60,295 bases of DNA from an uncultured Pseudomonadales bacterium (lineage in GTDB: Bacteria; Patescibacteriota; Microgenomatia; UBA1400; UBA1396), in the NCBI GenBank assembly GCA_964460975.1, contig CAYWTN010000004.1:1-60295 (forward strand). The letters are read 5' to 3'. Position 1 is the stretch's first letter; each line of letters starts with the position of its first letter. Shown here piece after piece: positions 26,161 through 34,760 of the stretch. A program made the position numbers and the translations under genes. The notes below the pieces were generated by a model, which had not been told where the DNA came from, did no database searches, and saw only the letters and a list, made by a program, of their open reading frames with translations.

Positions 26161-27162
26161 TTATTTCTCAGTCATCATGAGGATATTGTCCAGATGATCA
26201 GGATTTACAGCATCGGTCCATGAAAACTGATTATTTCCACCAAGTGTCCATATTTTTTTCAATAATGGTCCATACCCTCCATTGGAGTCTCTCCGCAGTA
26301 TATCTGCAGATGTTAGCCCTTCATCTAAACCTTGACCAACTCTTACTCCTATAGCAACACTAGACATCACCATAAAAGGTGAAACTTGTCCTACTCTATG
26401 ATTCTGAACGCTACTCAAAGCAACAGAAATCACCGCAGTTCCACTTTCCTCATAAACCTTTATTCCTGTTGACCAGCCACTTTGGACTGGATACTGGAAA
26501 GTATTATTGTATCCAGGAATCACCGATCCTGGGTTCATGTGTCTAGCTCCTGTTCGGAAAGAGACAATGATATTGTTAATCCCATGTTTTTTTAGAAATG
26601 GCGTTTCTTTTTCTAAGAGAGATCTTAACTCGCTAGCAAACTCCTCTGCAGTCATTCCATAATTTGTTACTAAATCTGGGCTCAGTAAAAGATTTTCTGC
26701 AAAAGAATCTTCACTAGAAACCTCAAACGAAAGCCTCCATTCAACCTTTCCATTATCATCCAATACTTCAAAAGCAGCAGTTTCACGGAAGTGCTGAGAA
26801 AACTCTTCATCTTCCAGAGCCCTGTCACCCATGTGAGGACGGTAACGTACTACTTCTCCAGATTCATTGACATGTTCCCAAGTCATGGCATCAGGATTGA
26901 AGGTCCAGTCTTCACTCTCACGAATGTACTCAGGCACTGAAAGACCGGCTTTGATTCGATCCTCTAAAATTTCTTCCTTCGGTTCCGCAAAGATACTTAC
27001 AAATTCAGGAACTCCTGGTCTCGTCTCAGTAGGGACATTCCCGTCTTCTTGCGCTTGAGTAATACTCCCTCTTGAAGCAATCAATCCAATCGCTGCAGCA
27101 ATGTGGGCAAAGTTGTCCAGTCTTTCAAAAGACACATTGAAACGTTCAGAACTTTTAGTCAT
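26161..27162 (-). CDS. secreted hypothetical protein, paralog B of a tandem pair
   Basis: AGAGGAG RBS and a weak signal peptide. A 98-aa block is identical to paralog A, and the C-terminal domains are related but diverged. Confidence 0.7.
   Translation of the reverse strand: MTKSSERFNVSFERLDNFAHIAAAIGLIASRGSITQAQEDGNVPTETRPGVPEFVSIFAEPKEEILEDRIKAGLSVPEYIRESEDWTFNPDAMTWEHVNESGEVVRYRPHMGDRALEDEEFSQHFRETAAFEVLDDNGKVEWRLSFEVSSEDSFAENLLLSPDLVTNYGMTAEEFASELRSLLEKETPFLKKHGINNIIVSFRTGARHMNPGSVIPGYNNTFQYPVQSGWSTGIKVYEESGTAVISVALSSVQNHRVGQVSPFMVMSSVAIGVRVGQGLDEGLTSADILRRDSNGGYGPLLKKIWTLGGNNQFSWTDAVNPDHLDNILMMTEK
26703..26997. repeat. 295-bp near-identical direct repeat, copy 1
   Basis: Base-by-base comparison with 27795-28089 shows a single mismatch (cactag versus caccag). 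Confidence 0.9.
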
Positions 27163-27264
27163 AAACTCCTCTTTAATGTAAAAAATTGAATTAACTTACC
27201 CAAGCAAGCATACACTAATACCCTTCTCTCAAATAAGACTTTCTCACGGAGAATAACATTAATC

Positions 27265-28695
27265 TTATTTAAGATTAACTGAAAGGATATTGCTTTTATG
27301 GTCCCGATACTCATAAAATTCCGATTTGTTGCCTACAGACCAAAGCTGTGAAAGGATTGGAATAAATTTTTCTGGACCATCTTTTTGAAGAATATCAGAT
27401 ACTGATAAGCCTTCATCAAGTCTTTGTCCAACATTAAGACCACTAACAAGGTTTGCCAAAACACTAATTGGACCATTCTCTCCTACCCTATGATTCTGAA
27501 CACTACTAAGCGCTCCCAAAATAATAACGGTACCACTTTCCTCAAAGACTTTAATTCCAGTAGAAAGATTTCCCTGAACTGGATACTGGAAAGTATTATT
27601 GTACCCAGAAATAATGGTTCCTGGATTATTATGACGAGTATCTGTTCTGAAAACAACAATGACATTATTAATTTCATGCTTTTTCAAAAAAGAGAAATGC
27701 TTCTCTAATAATGAACGAGTCTCGCTAGCAAACTCCTCTTCAGTCATTCCATAATTTGAGACCAAGTCTGGGCTTATAGAAAGACTATCAAGATAAGAAT
27801 CTTCACCAGAAACCTCAAACGAAAGCCTCCATTCAACCTTTCCATTATCATCCAATACTTCAAAAGCAGCAGTTTCACGGAAGTGCTGAGAAAACTCTTC
27901 ATCTTCCAGAGCCCTGTCACCCATGTGAGGACGGTAACGTACTACTTCTCCAGATTCATTGACATGTTCCCAAGTCATGGCATCAGGATTGAAGGTCCAG
28001 TCTTCACTCTCACGAATGTACTCAGGCACTGAAAGACCGGCTTTGATTCGATCCTCTAAAATTTCTTCCTTCGGTTCCGCAAAGATACTCTGCCATTCAC
28101 CCTCTTCTTCTATAACAGGAATAACCTCCACAGGGGCAATGGCTGGCCCGATGGGCTGCTCGAGAGGATTTTCGCTATTGGAACCTGGAGCAATACCGGT
28201 AGACACCGCAGCAGGAGCCTCGTTTGGCTCGGAGGCAGGAACTGGTTCTGGAGTGACAGGTACAAGATCTCGTAAAAAGATCGGCGTGCCACTGACACCC
28301 CTTATGGCAACAAACTGATCACCATCAACAGGTTCACCATTCTTTTCAACAATTTTTGCCCAGTAATAGCCATTGCTTTCCCCAGCTTGCGTGACAACAA
28401 GGGCATCGCCTCGTACCAACGTTCCCTTAATCGTTCCAGTGGTGGAACTTGTTGAACGGATATTCACCGACGTTCCAACAACCACCGTTTCATACTGGGT
28501 TGTGTCTATCTCAGGAACTAGAGGGGCCATTTCGTTGGAATGCGTAGCGGCAGCCGCAACGGCTGTGCCACCATCATGAGGAATATTGTCTTGCGCCTTC
28601 ACTTCACTCGCCCCAGCCACCATGGCGGCAGCGATCAAGGACATATTGCGAAGACTTTCGGATGAGATCCTTAAACGTTCTGAACGATTACTCAT
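27265..28695 (-). CDS. secreted SH3b-domain protein, paralog A of a tandem pair
   Basis: Start set at MSNRSERL, preceded by a GAAGGAG RBS. Bacterial SH3-like segment (VVVGTSVNIRSTSSTTGTIKGTLVRGDALVV ... YYWAKIV), a Pro/Glu-rich linker, then the region shared with paralog B. Confidence 0.7.
   Translation of the reverse strand: MSNRSERLRISSESLRNMSLIAAAMVAGASEVKAQDNIPHDGGTAVAAAATHSNEMAPLVPEIDTTQYETVVVGTSVNIRSTSSTTGTIKGTLVRGDALVVTQAGESNGYYWAKIVEKNGEPVDGDQFVAIRGVSGTPIFLRDLVPVTPEPVPASEPNEAPAAVSTGIAPGSNSENPLEQPIGPAIAPVEVIPVIEEEGEWQSIFAEPKEEILEDRIKAGLSVPEYIRESEDWTFNPDAMTWEHVNESGEVVRYRPHMGDRALEDEEFSQHFRETAAFEVLDDNGKVEWRLSFEVSGEDSYLDSLSISPDLVSNYGMTEEEFASETRSLLEKHFSFLKKHEINNVIVVFRTDTRHNNPGTIISGYNNTFQYPVQGNLSTGIKVFEESGTVIILGALSSVQNHRVGENGPISVLANLVSGLNVGQRLDEGLSVSDILQKDGPEKFIPILSQLWSVGNKSEFYEYRDHKSNILSVNLK
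27795..28089. repeat. 295-bp near-identical direct repeat, copy 2
   Basis: See copy 1. The offset between copies is 1092 bp. Confidence 0.9.
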
Positions 28696-28786
28696 AGACT
28701 CTCCTTCTGGGAATAGAAAAAACCGAGTCCAACCTGAACTCGCTGGCAAGGGGTCACTAAACCGCAATGCTGCATCTTAAAAAGAT

Positions 28787-28815
28787 ATTTTAGCGTACTA
28801 TGGGATGCGTGTCAA
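28787..28815 (-). promoter_or_regulatory. near-consensus sigma70-type promoter (TTGACA-17-TAAAAT)
   Basis: The minus strand reads TTGACAcgcatcccatagtacgcTAAAAT, about 90 nt upstream of the ATG at 28695. Confidence 0.55.
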
Positions 28816-28909
28816 CGATTTGGTTGGATCGGTAAAGAGAAAATTCTCCTCAGGGTACTTGTTCTTTTGTGAAAATGTTCGAATGTTGTCAAGCTAGGCG
28901 CGCCAAAAA

Positions 28910-30067
28910 CTACTGAACATTTACCAACTCATAGCAGAATTGGTTGAACAGGGGAAAAGCGGTGCAGCTTGCACTCTGTCCGTCTTGCTCACAGAGGTAG
29001 GCACTGCCATTTTGGCAAACGGCGTAGTCGGCTATGGCCTCACCAACGGGCTGCTCGTAGGGAGCAGGATTACCCTCAGCCTGGAAGCTTAATGTGAGAT
29101 TGCCCTTGAGCAACTCTGGCGCAAAATACTGATAGTATGTGTCTTCCAGCTCGCCAGGATTGGCAAAAAAGCGGGCCAAAATCTCAGGATGAACGTGGGA
29201 AGACAAGACAAACGCCAAAGCCTGGGCCTCTGGAGTCCAGCTTTTTTGCCGCAGCGCTCTCCCTAGCTCCGTACCGTCTAGGCTTCCTGGGTTCTGCAAA
29301 GCGGCCGCAAACTCGCTGGCAAGCGTATCTGGAGAAAATCTCTGCAGGGTCTCGATGGGCGGCCAGCCATGTTCTTCGCCAGCTAAATAAAGACGATCAT
29401 AAACGGAAAAAAGGAAGGCTGGGTTGATACCATGCTTGAGGCCAGCATCATAGATGGCCTTCGTGATTTCTGGGTGCACTTCGCGCATCACCAGCCCACC
29501 CTTGGCATAATCCAGGATTGAGCTCGAAACAGTGAGCATGCGGCCAAAAAGGAAGAAAAGATCCTGTGTTTCCTGCTTTTTGGGCAGTGCATAGGAAAAA
29601 ATCGTGATGGCATTAGCCGCGCCACTTCCACGATGAATGGCAAACTGACACGTCTTCTCTCCACTCACAAAACACGGCGTTGAGTTTTCACGGAGCGGAT
29701 TTTCCCAAGATTCGAGCTCGTTGAGTGATTGTTTGGTATTTTCCAGATAAAACGGCGTGTAGACCTCACGCAGTTCTATGCCTTGGGCAGCGAGCTCCTC
29801 GGCGGTGCGGTACTGAGAAAGTTGTCCGTCTTCACTTTGAGGCGCTTCCTGAGAGAGTTGGGTGTTGGGCGCGGGTGCTTGCACCCGCGCGCGCCCCTGC
29901 TGCCAACGAGCAAACAAGACCGTGCTTACAACGACCAAGACAACCGCCAAAAAACCGCCACCAGCCAACAGCCAGATCGGAGTCGGCGCGGCATGGGTCT
30001 TTGCCTGGAAGGTCAAACCTTCTTGGGGAGGCGTGGCATTCTCGACGGGCAGATATCCTTCATTCAC
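28910..30067 (-). CDS. hypothetical signal-anchored protein (385 aa)
   Basis: One TM helix near the N-terminus (IWLLAGGGFLAVVLVVVSTVLF) and a large ectodomain with paired Cys residues. No recognised domain. Confidence 0.6.
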   Translation of the reverse strand: MNEGYLPVENATPPQEGLTFQAKTHAAPTPIWLLAGGGFLAVVLVVVSTVLFARWQQGRARVQAPAPNTQLSQEAPQSEDGQLSQYRTAEELAAQGIELREVYTPFYLENTKQSLNELESWENPLRENSTPCFVSGEKTCQFAIHRGSGAANAITIFSYALPKKQETQDLFFLFGRMLTVSSSILDYAKGGLVMREVHPEITKAIYDAGLKHGINPAFLFSVYDRLYLAGEEHGWPPIETLQRFSPDTLASEFAAALQNPGSLDGTELGRALRQKSWTPEAQALAFVLSSHVHPEILARFFANPGELEDTYYQYFAPELLKGNLTLSFQAEGNPAPYEQPVGEAIADYAVCQNGSAYLCEQDGQSASCTAFPLFNQFCYELVNVQ

Positions 30068-30124
30068 CCGTCCATTGTACGGGAAAAAAAGCTAAATCTT
30101 AAGAGGCGAAGATAAAAGGCGCTC

Positions 30125-30153
30125 TTGACCAAACAAGAAGATTGCGCTATTGT
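30125..30153 (+). promoter_or_regulatory. candidate promoter TTGACC-17-TATTGT
   Basis: Hexamers with 17-nt spacing, located 93 nt upstream of the NYN gene. Confidence 0.4.
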
Positions 30154-30177
30154 AGGGAACATTCTCCTGCTAATCCC

Positions 30178-30230
30178 CCCCTGGCTCTTAACGACCCAGG
30201 GGTTTTTGTTTGTTTTCTGTTGTTTTTTTG
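30178..30230 (+). terminator. intrinsic-terminator-like hairpin plus long T-rich tract
   Basis: CCCCTGG-ctcttaacgac-CCAGGGG followed by tttttgtttgttttctgttgttttttt. Lies between the candidate promoter and the NYN start codon. Confidence 0.5.
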
Positions 30231-30245
30231 GACTAAGCTTGATGA

Positions 30246-30779
30246 ATGTCTCGAGTCCTTGTCCAATTTGATGGTGGAAATTTCTATAAAAAGGTGAAAT
30301 TTCTCTGTCCCGATTGCCACTTAACCAATTTTGGCTACGATCTTCTTGTTAGTTTTCTCACACGATCTCAAAAGAACCATTCAATTTACTACGTTGGTGA
30401 AATTAAAAAACATGCTGACTCCGACTTCAAAACGCAATCTCTCTACAAAAATCAGCAATCCCTTTTCCAAAATCTTCGTCAAAAAGGAATCAATATTAAA
30501 CTTGGATACCTTCTTCAGAATAATGGTGTATATCGAGAAAAAGGTGTTGATGTACAAATAGCCTTGGATCTGGCTCTTGGGGCTGTTCAAAATATGTATG
30601 ATGAGTTCTTTCTTCTCAGTTCAGACACAGATCTCTTGCCTGCAATAAAAATTGCTCGAAATGCTCAGAAAAAAGTCATCTATGTTGGTTTTGAAAATGG
30701 AGTAAGCTATATGATAAAAAGGGCTTGTTCCTCTTCAATTATCCTCAAAACGGAGAATCTCAAAGTCTTTTGTAAGTAA
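30246..30779 (+). CDS. NYN-domain (LabA-like) predicted ribonuclease
   Basis: GVDVQIALDL ... LLSSDTDLLPAIKIAR ... KVIYVGF matches the NYN/LabA acidic-residue pattern. The gene is AT-rich. Confidence 0.75.
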   Translation: MSRVLVQFDGGNFYKKVKFLCPDCHLTNFGYDLLVSFLTRSQKNHSIYYVGEIKKHADSDFKTQSLYKNQQSLFQNLRQKGINIKLGYLLQNNGVYREKGVDVQIALDLALGAVQNMYDEFFLLSSDTDLLPAIKIARNAQKKVIYVGFENGVSYMIKRACSSSIILKTENLKVFCK

Positions 30780-30789
30780 CTTTTGCCTA

Positions 30790-31512
30790 CTACCTTGCCC
30801 GCAAGACGGGACTCGGAGGAGTTGGACCAACGGCAGCGCCGGTAGGATCGAGACAAGCGCCGCAGGGGTACTGACTGGTGGTGGTGAGGGCACTGCCCTG
30901 TGGACATTTTTTGACGGTCACAACGCACTGCGTTTCTTCTGGCTCGGGTGTTTTCTGGTCGGGATTGAAAAGCTCGACTTCGATGCCAGGATTGTCGGCC
31001 AAAATGCCGCGAATGCTGGGATTGCTGAGTGTCCAAAGGCTGCTGCGCGACTCTTCTATGGGAGCTTGCGGCGTGAGGCGCATGAGGACGACTTCACCTT
31101 TTGGCGCTTCCAAAAACTCCCCGGAGAACGTCAATGTTCCTGGCTGCGGACGAGACACTTCTGCCTGGAAGGTTAGACCCGACACCGAAAGATCCCCAGC
31201 CTCTTGTGGGTATGAAAGCTCGGCACTCACGCGGCGCACCGACGCCTGCGGCGAGTGCGCCGCCAACACCACTTCCCAGGAGTCGCCATCAGATACCAGT
31301 TGCAAACGGAATGATTGGTCAACACTGGCTTGAGAACGACTTTCTGTTGTTTGGAGTCGAGAGATTCCCCACCAAATACTGGCGGCTACCAACGCAAAAA
31401 AGGCCACCACTGCCAGAAGAACATTGCGGCGGAAGGCCTGAGCTTTTCGTCTTGTTCCCACGGCACCCGCGGAGGCAAGAGACGTGTTTTTGGAGCGGGC
31501 AGCTTTCTTCAT
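30790..31512 (-). CDS. hypothetical signal-anchored protein with Cys-rich C-terminus (240 aa)
   Basis: Start set at MKKAARSK, because the longer ORF overlaps gap. One TM helix, a beta-rich domain and a C-terminal CxxxxxC ... CGAC pattern. Confidence 0.55.
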   Translation of the reverse strand: MKKAARSKNTSLASAGAVGTRRKAQAFRRNVLLAVVAFFALVAASIWWGISRLQTTESRSQASVDQSFRLQLVSDGDSWEVVLAAHSPQASVRRVSAELSYPQEAGDLSVSGLTFQAEVSRPQPGTLTFSGEFLEAPKGEVVLMRLTPQAPIEESRSSLWTLSNPSIRGILADNPGIEVELFNPDQKTPEPEETQCVVTVKKCPQGSALTTTSQYPCGACLDPTGAAVGPTPPSPVLRAR

Positions 31513-31540
31513 ACTTCCTTTGCGCAATTTTCCGGATGAT

Positions 31541-32587
31541 CTACTCCATGGCCATCTCGACCAAACGATTGCAGTAACCCCATTCGTTGTCGTACCAACC
31601 CACCACTTTGACCAAATTACCACCCACGACTTGGGTGAGACCGAGATCCACAATCACCGACTCGCGCCGACCAACAATATCCTGAGAAACCAAAGCCTCT
31701 TTGCTCACCGCCAAAATTCCCTGCCAACGAGATTCCTGCGAGGCATCGATGAAGGCTTGGTTCACTTCTTCAACCGTAACGTCGCGGGAAGTTACAAAGG
31801 TGAGATCGGAAAGCGAGCCCACAGCCACGGGAACGCGCAAAGCGAGGCCATCAAAAATGCCCTTGAGTTCGGGAATAACCAGGTTCGAGGCCTTTGCCGC
31901 TCCAGTAGAAGTTGGGACGATGTTTTGCGCCGCGCCGCGGGCGCGGCGCAAATCCGAATGCGAATTATCTTGCAAATTTTGATCGTCTGTATAGGCATGA
32001 ATTGTGGTCAGCATGGCCTTTTCTACGCCAAAAGTGCGCTGCATAATGGCCGCAATGGGCGTAATACAGTTGGTCGTACACGAAGCATTCGAGATGATTC
32101 CTGTCTGGGGCATCCCACTCTCGGATACTCCCTTGACGAGCGTTTCCACGCCGCCCTCACCCTTGGCAGGTGCAGAAATGACGACACGCGCGGCACCAGC
32201 TTGGATGTGGAGATTGGCTTTTTCGGCGGTAACAAAAACACCTGTCGACTCAATAACTGTATGTACCGCGTATTTTCCCCAAGGCAACTTGGCTGGATCG
32301 CGCTGAGCGGTAACCACAATACGCTCATCACCCACGAGAAGATAGCCAATTTCTGGCGTTTCGTCGGTTACTTCTTTGGCGCCACGCAGCTCTTCAAAAG
32401 AAACTTCCTCATCCCAGACACCATAATTGGAGTCGTATTTGAGAAGATGGGCCCAGGTAGCAATGTCGGCGGAACCAGAGGTATTGATCGCCACTATGGG
32501 CGCCGTCTGGCGGTGAAACTTCCACCACACCCGAAAGGCCGTCCGACCAATTCTTCCAAATCCATTGATAGCAACGTTTTGTGTCAT
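31541..32587 (-). CDS. gap: type I glyceraldehyde-3-phosphate dehydrogenase
   Basis: Motifs INGFGRIGR, SNASCTTNC and RRARGAAQNIVP. Confidence 0.93.
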   Translation of the reverse strand: MTQNVAINGFGRIGRTAFRVWWKFHRQTAPIVAINTSGSADIATWAHLLKYDSNYGVWDEEVSFEELRGAKEVTDETPEIGYLLVGDERIVVTAQRDPAKLPWGKYAVHTVIESTGVFVTAEKANLHIQAGAARVVISAPAKGEGGVETLVKGVSESGMPQTGIISNASCTTNCITPIAAIMQRTFGVEKAMLTTIHAYTDDQNLQDNSHSDLRRARGAAQNIVPTSTGAAKASNLVIPELKGIFDGLALRVPVAVGSLSDLTFVTSRDVTVEEVNQAFIDASQESRWQGILAVSKEALVSQDIVGRRESVIVDLGLTQVVGGNLVKVVGWYDNEWGYCNRLVEMAME

Positions 32588-32636
32588 GCGTCCAGGATAC
32601 GAGTCTCACGAGACGCGGTCAAGGCCGAAGGAAGCA

Positions 32637-33206
32637 TCACAGCTCTACCAAATAGCGCTTTCCGTCTAGTGAATCGAGCTTTATGAGTTCTTTGCCCGTA
32701 ACCTTTTCGATCACTTTCTTGGAAGCTTCCCAAACCTGCACTTCATACTGGGTATATCCGCGTTTTTTGAGCACTTCATGTGTTTTCCGAACAAGCTCGG
32801 TAGCAACACCCTTGCGAAGAAAAGGATACTCAACACCCATAAATGAGGAAATAACTTCACCATTTCCGGCAATACCAATAATTCTCAAACCTACCGTTTC
32901 ATGATTATGTGTAGAAAAGACCACAAAACTTTTTTGAAGATCTCCTTGCCCGAAAATACCAGAAACAACTAAACTTCCATTTGCCGAAAGTGAAAACCCA
33001 TGACCGTACATTTCATCTGATGTCATAACTTCGCTAGACATCTTCCCACCAGACTGAACAAATTCATCCTTCTTTTTGAAGAAATTTTCTTTTGCTCTTT
33101 TCGTGAACGCCTTAATCCTCATTCTTGTTTCGTCATCCAAACCCTCTACGACCTCATAGTGGAAAACTTTTTTTTCTCGTTCTGGTGATTCCTGTCGCAC
33201 ACTCAT
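32637..33206 (-). CDS. possible GNAT-family acetyltransferase (189 aa)
   Basis: The C-terminal segment (FLRKGVATELVRKTHEVLKKRGY) resembles a GNAT acetyl-CoA binding motif. Weak call. Confidence 0.45.
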   Translation of the reverse strand: MSVRQESPEREKKVFHYEVVEGLDDETRMRIKAFTKRAKENFFKKKDEFVQSGGKMSSEVMTSDEMYGHGFSLSANGSLVVSGIFGQGDLQKSFVVFSTHNHETVGLRIIGIAGNGEVISSFMGVEYPFLRKGVATELVRKTHEVLKKRGYTQYEVQVWEASKKVIEKVTGKELIKLDSLDGKRYLVEL

Positions 33207-33395
33207 AGAGACTCATTATAGTGCTCTTGCGCTTGTTCTGTGAGGCTGGGCGATATGGCTGCAACTTGCGTCCAGAGATGATCAAAATACCGCTGCTCTT
33301 CTTGCCAAAAGTCCCGCGAAAAACACATGGATGCGCGGTTTTATCATACGAACGAATCCCTCTTTTGCGGTGAGTGAGAGCGAGAAATGTACGGC

Positions 33396-34412
33396 TTACG
33401 CCACAAACTCAAGAACGTTTTCCCAAGAAAAGAGCTTTTGGCCCTCTTCGATGGCATCGTATCCTGGCAGTGTTCCGTGCACGAGAAGCTCCATCATGGC
33501 GCCGCCGCCTGTAGAAACGTGCGAGAAATCCTCGCGCTTCATTCCAAGAACGGTAAGAGCTGCTTCGGTGTCGCCACCGCCCACAACAGAAAAGACTTTG
33601 GTTTTGGAGAGCGAGTTGGCAATATATTTGGTGCCTTCCATACCAGCCTCGTCTTCGTACTTGCCCACTGGTCCATTCCAAATAACCGTTTCTGAGGCCT
33701 TAATGAAGCGATCAAATTGTTCCATGGAATCGACGGTGATATCCAGGCCACCATCTTTGAGGTCGGCCACAATGACTTTGCGATTGGTTTGTTCGAGATC
33801 TTTCTGACCATCGGCCAACTTTCCACCAATGAGGAAGACGTTCACATGCTCAAAAAGACGATCCAGGTACTCCAGCTTTTCGGCCTTGGCACCGCCCAAA
33901 ATGAGAGTGAGTGGACGATTGGGAGCATGAGCCAGACGGCGCAGAACCTTCATTTCCTTCTCAAACTGACGCCCCATAACGGTGGGAAGCAACTTGGGAA
34001 GCTGCACAATGGAAGCATGCTCGCGGTGTGCCGTGGCAAACGCGTCGTTGACGTAAAAATCAAAACCCTTGGCCAATTTTTTGGCAAAAGCGAGCGAGTT
34101 TTCTTCTTCACCGGCTTCGAATCGGAGGTTTTCACTAAACGTAATCCGTTCGTGAAACTTTTCTGGCACCATCTGCAACAACAGTTTGGTGATCGGCTCC
34201 AAAGAGAGTTTTTTCACGGTCTTGCCATCTGGTCGGCCACGATGTCCAATCACATGAACAGAAGCCGCACCACGCTTAAGAATTTGGTTGAGCGTAAGCG
34301 CGCCCATCTCAATACGAGTGGTGTCGAAACCTGTTTCATTTTCTGGCAAATCGAGATCGAGGCGAAGAAGGACTTTTTTCTCCTTGAGCGTAAGGGCTTT
34401 CAGGTAATACAT
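33396..34412 (-). CDS. pgk: phosphoglycerate kinase (compact, 338 aa)
   Basis: N-terminal KKVLLRLDLDLP, then HRGRP, FYVNDAFATAHR, GGAK, NGPVG and GGGDT motifs. Confidence 0.9.
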   Translation of the reverse strand: MYYLKALTLKEKKVLLRLDLDLPENETGFDTTRIEMGALTLNQILKRGAASVHVIGHRGRPDGKTVKKLSLEPITKLLLQMVPEKFHERITFSENLRFEAGEEENSLAFAKKLAKGFDFYVNDAFATAHREHASIVQLPKLLPTVMGRQFEKEMKVLRRLAHAPNRPLTLILGGAKAEKLEYLDRLFEHVNVFLIGGKLADGQKDLEQTNRKVIVADLKDGGLDITVDSMEQFDRFIKASETVIWNGPVGKYEDEAGMEGTKYIANSLSKTKVFSVVGGGDTEAALTVLGMKREDFSHVSTGGGAMMELLVHGTLPGYDAIEEGQKLFSWENVLEFVA

Positions 34413-34544
34413 AGCCCCCTATTGTAACAAATGCTCAGGAGTTTGCAGGATCAAAAGTTGGGGAAGAAAATGAAAATCTTCTCTCCAAGATACGTGTGTC
34501 AATCATTTATGCTATACTTTTCCAGTAGTGGTGGAAAACTTCAT

Positions 34545-34760
34545 ATGACATTTGCCTCTAAAAATATTCGTTCATTTTTCAAAAATTGGTCTTCAGATAA
34601 GAAAGATCTTGAGAAAACGGTGATGTACTCTGTTGAAAAGTACGGAAAAACCTACGAACTTTTGGAGAACTATGAAGCAACACCTCACCGCTCTGCCAAA
34701 ATGGTATCTCAGTATAAAAAAATGCGAGACTATCTACAAAAAGTTCAGCAGAGCTATTAG
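34545..34760 (+). CDS. possible small partner protein (antitoxin candidate) upstream of doc
   Basis: 71-aa ORF from an ATG, ending inside the annotated doc 5' region in another frame. No recognised fold. Confidence 0.3.
   Translation: MTFASKNIRSFFKNWSSDKKDLEKTVMYSVEKYGKTYELLENYEATPHRSAKMVSQYKKMRDYLQKVQQSY

Noticed and set aside
31484-32686. 400-aa plus-strand ORF
   Set aside because: Antisense to gap, which carries unmistakable GAPDH motifs. The translation is Arg/Gly/His-rich junk.
33717-34427. 236-aa plus-strand ORF
   Set aside because: Antisense to pgk. No motifs.
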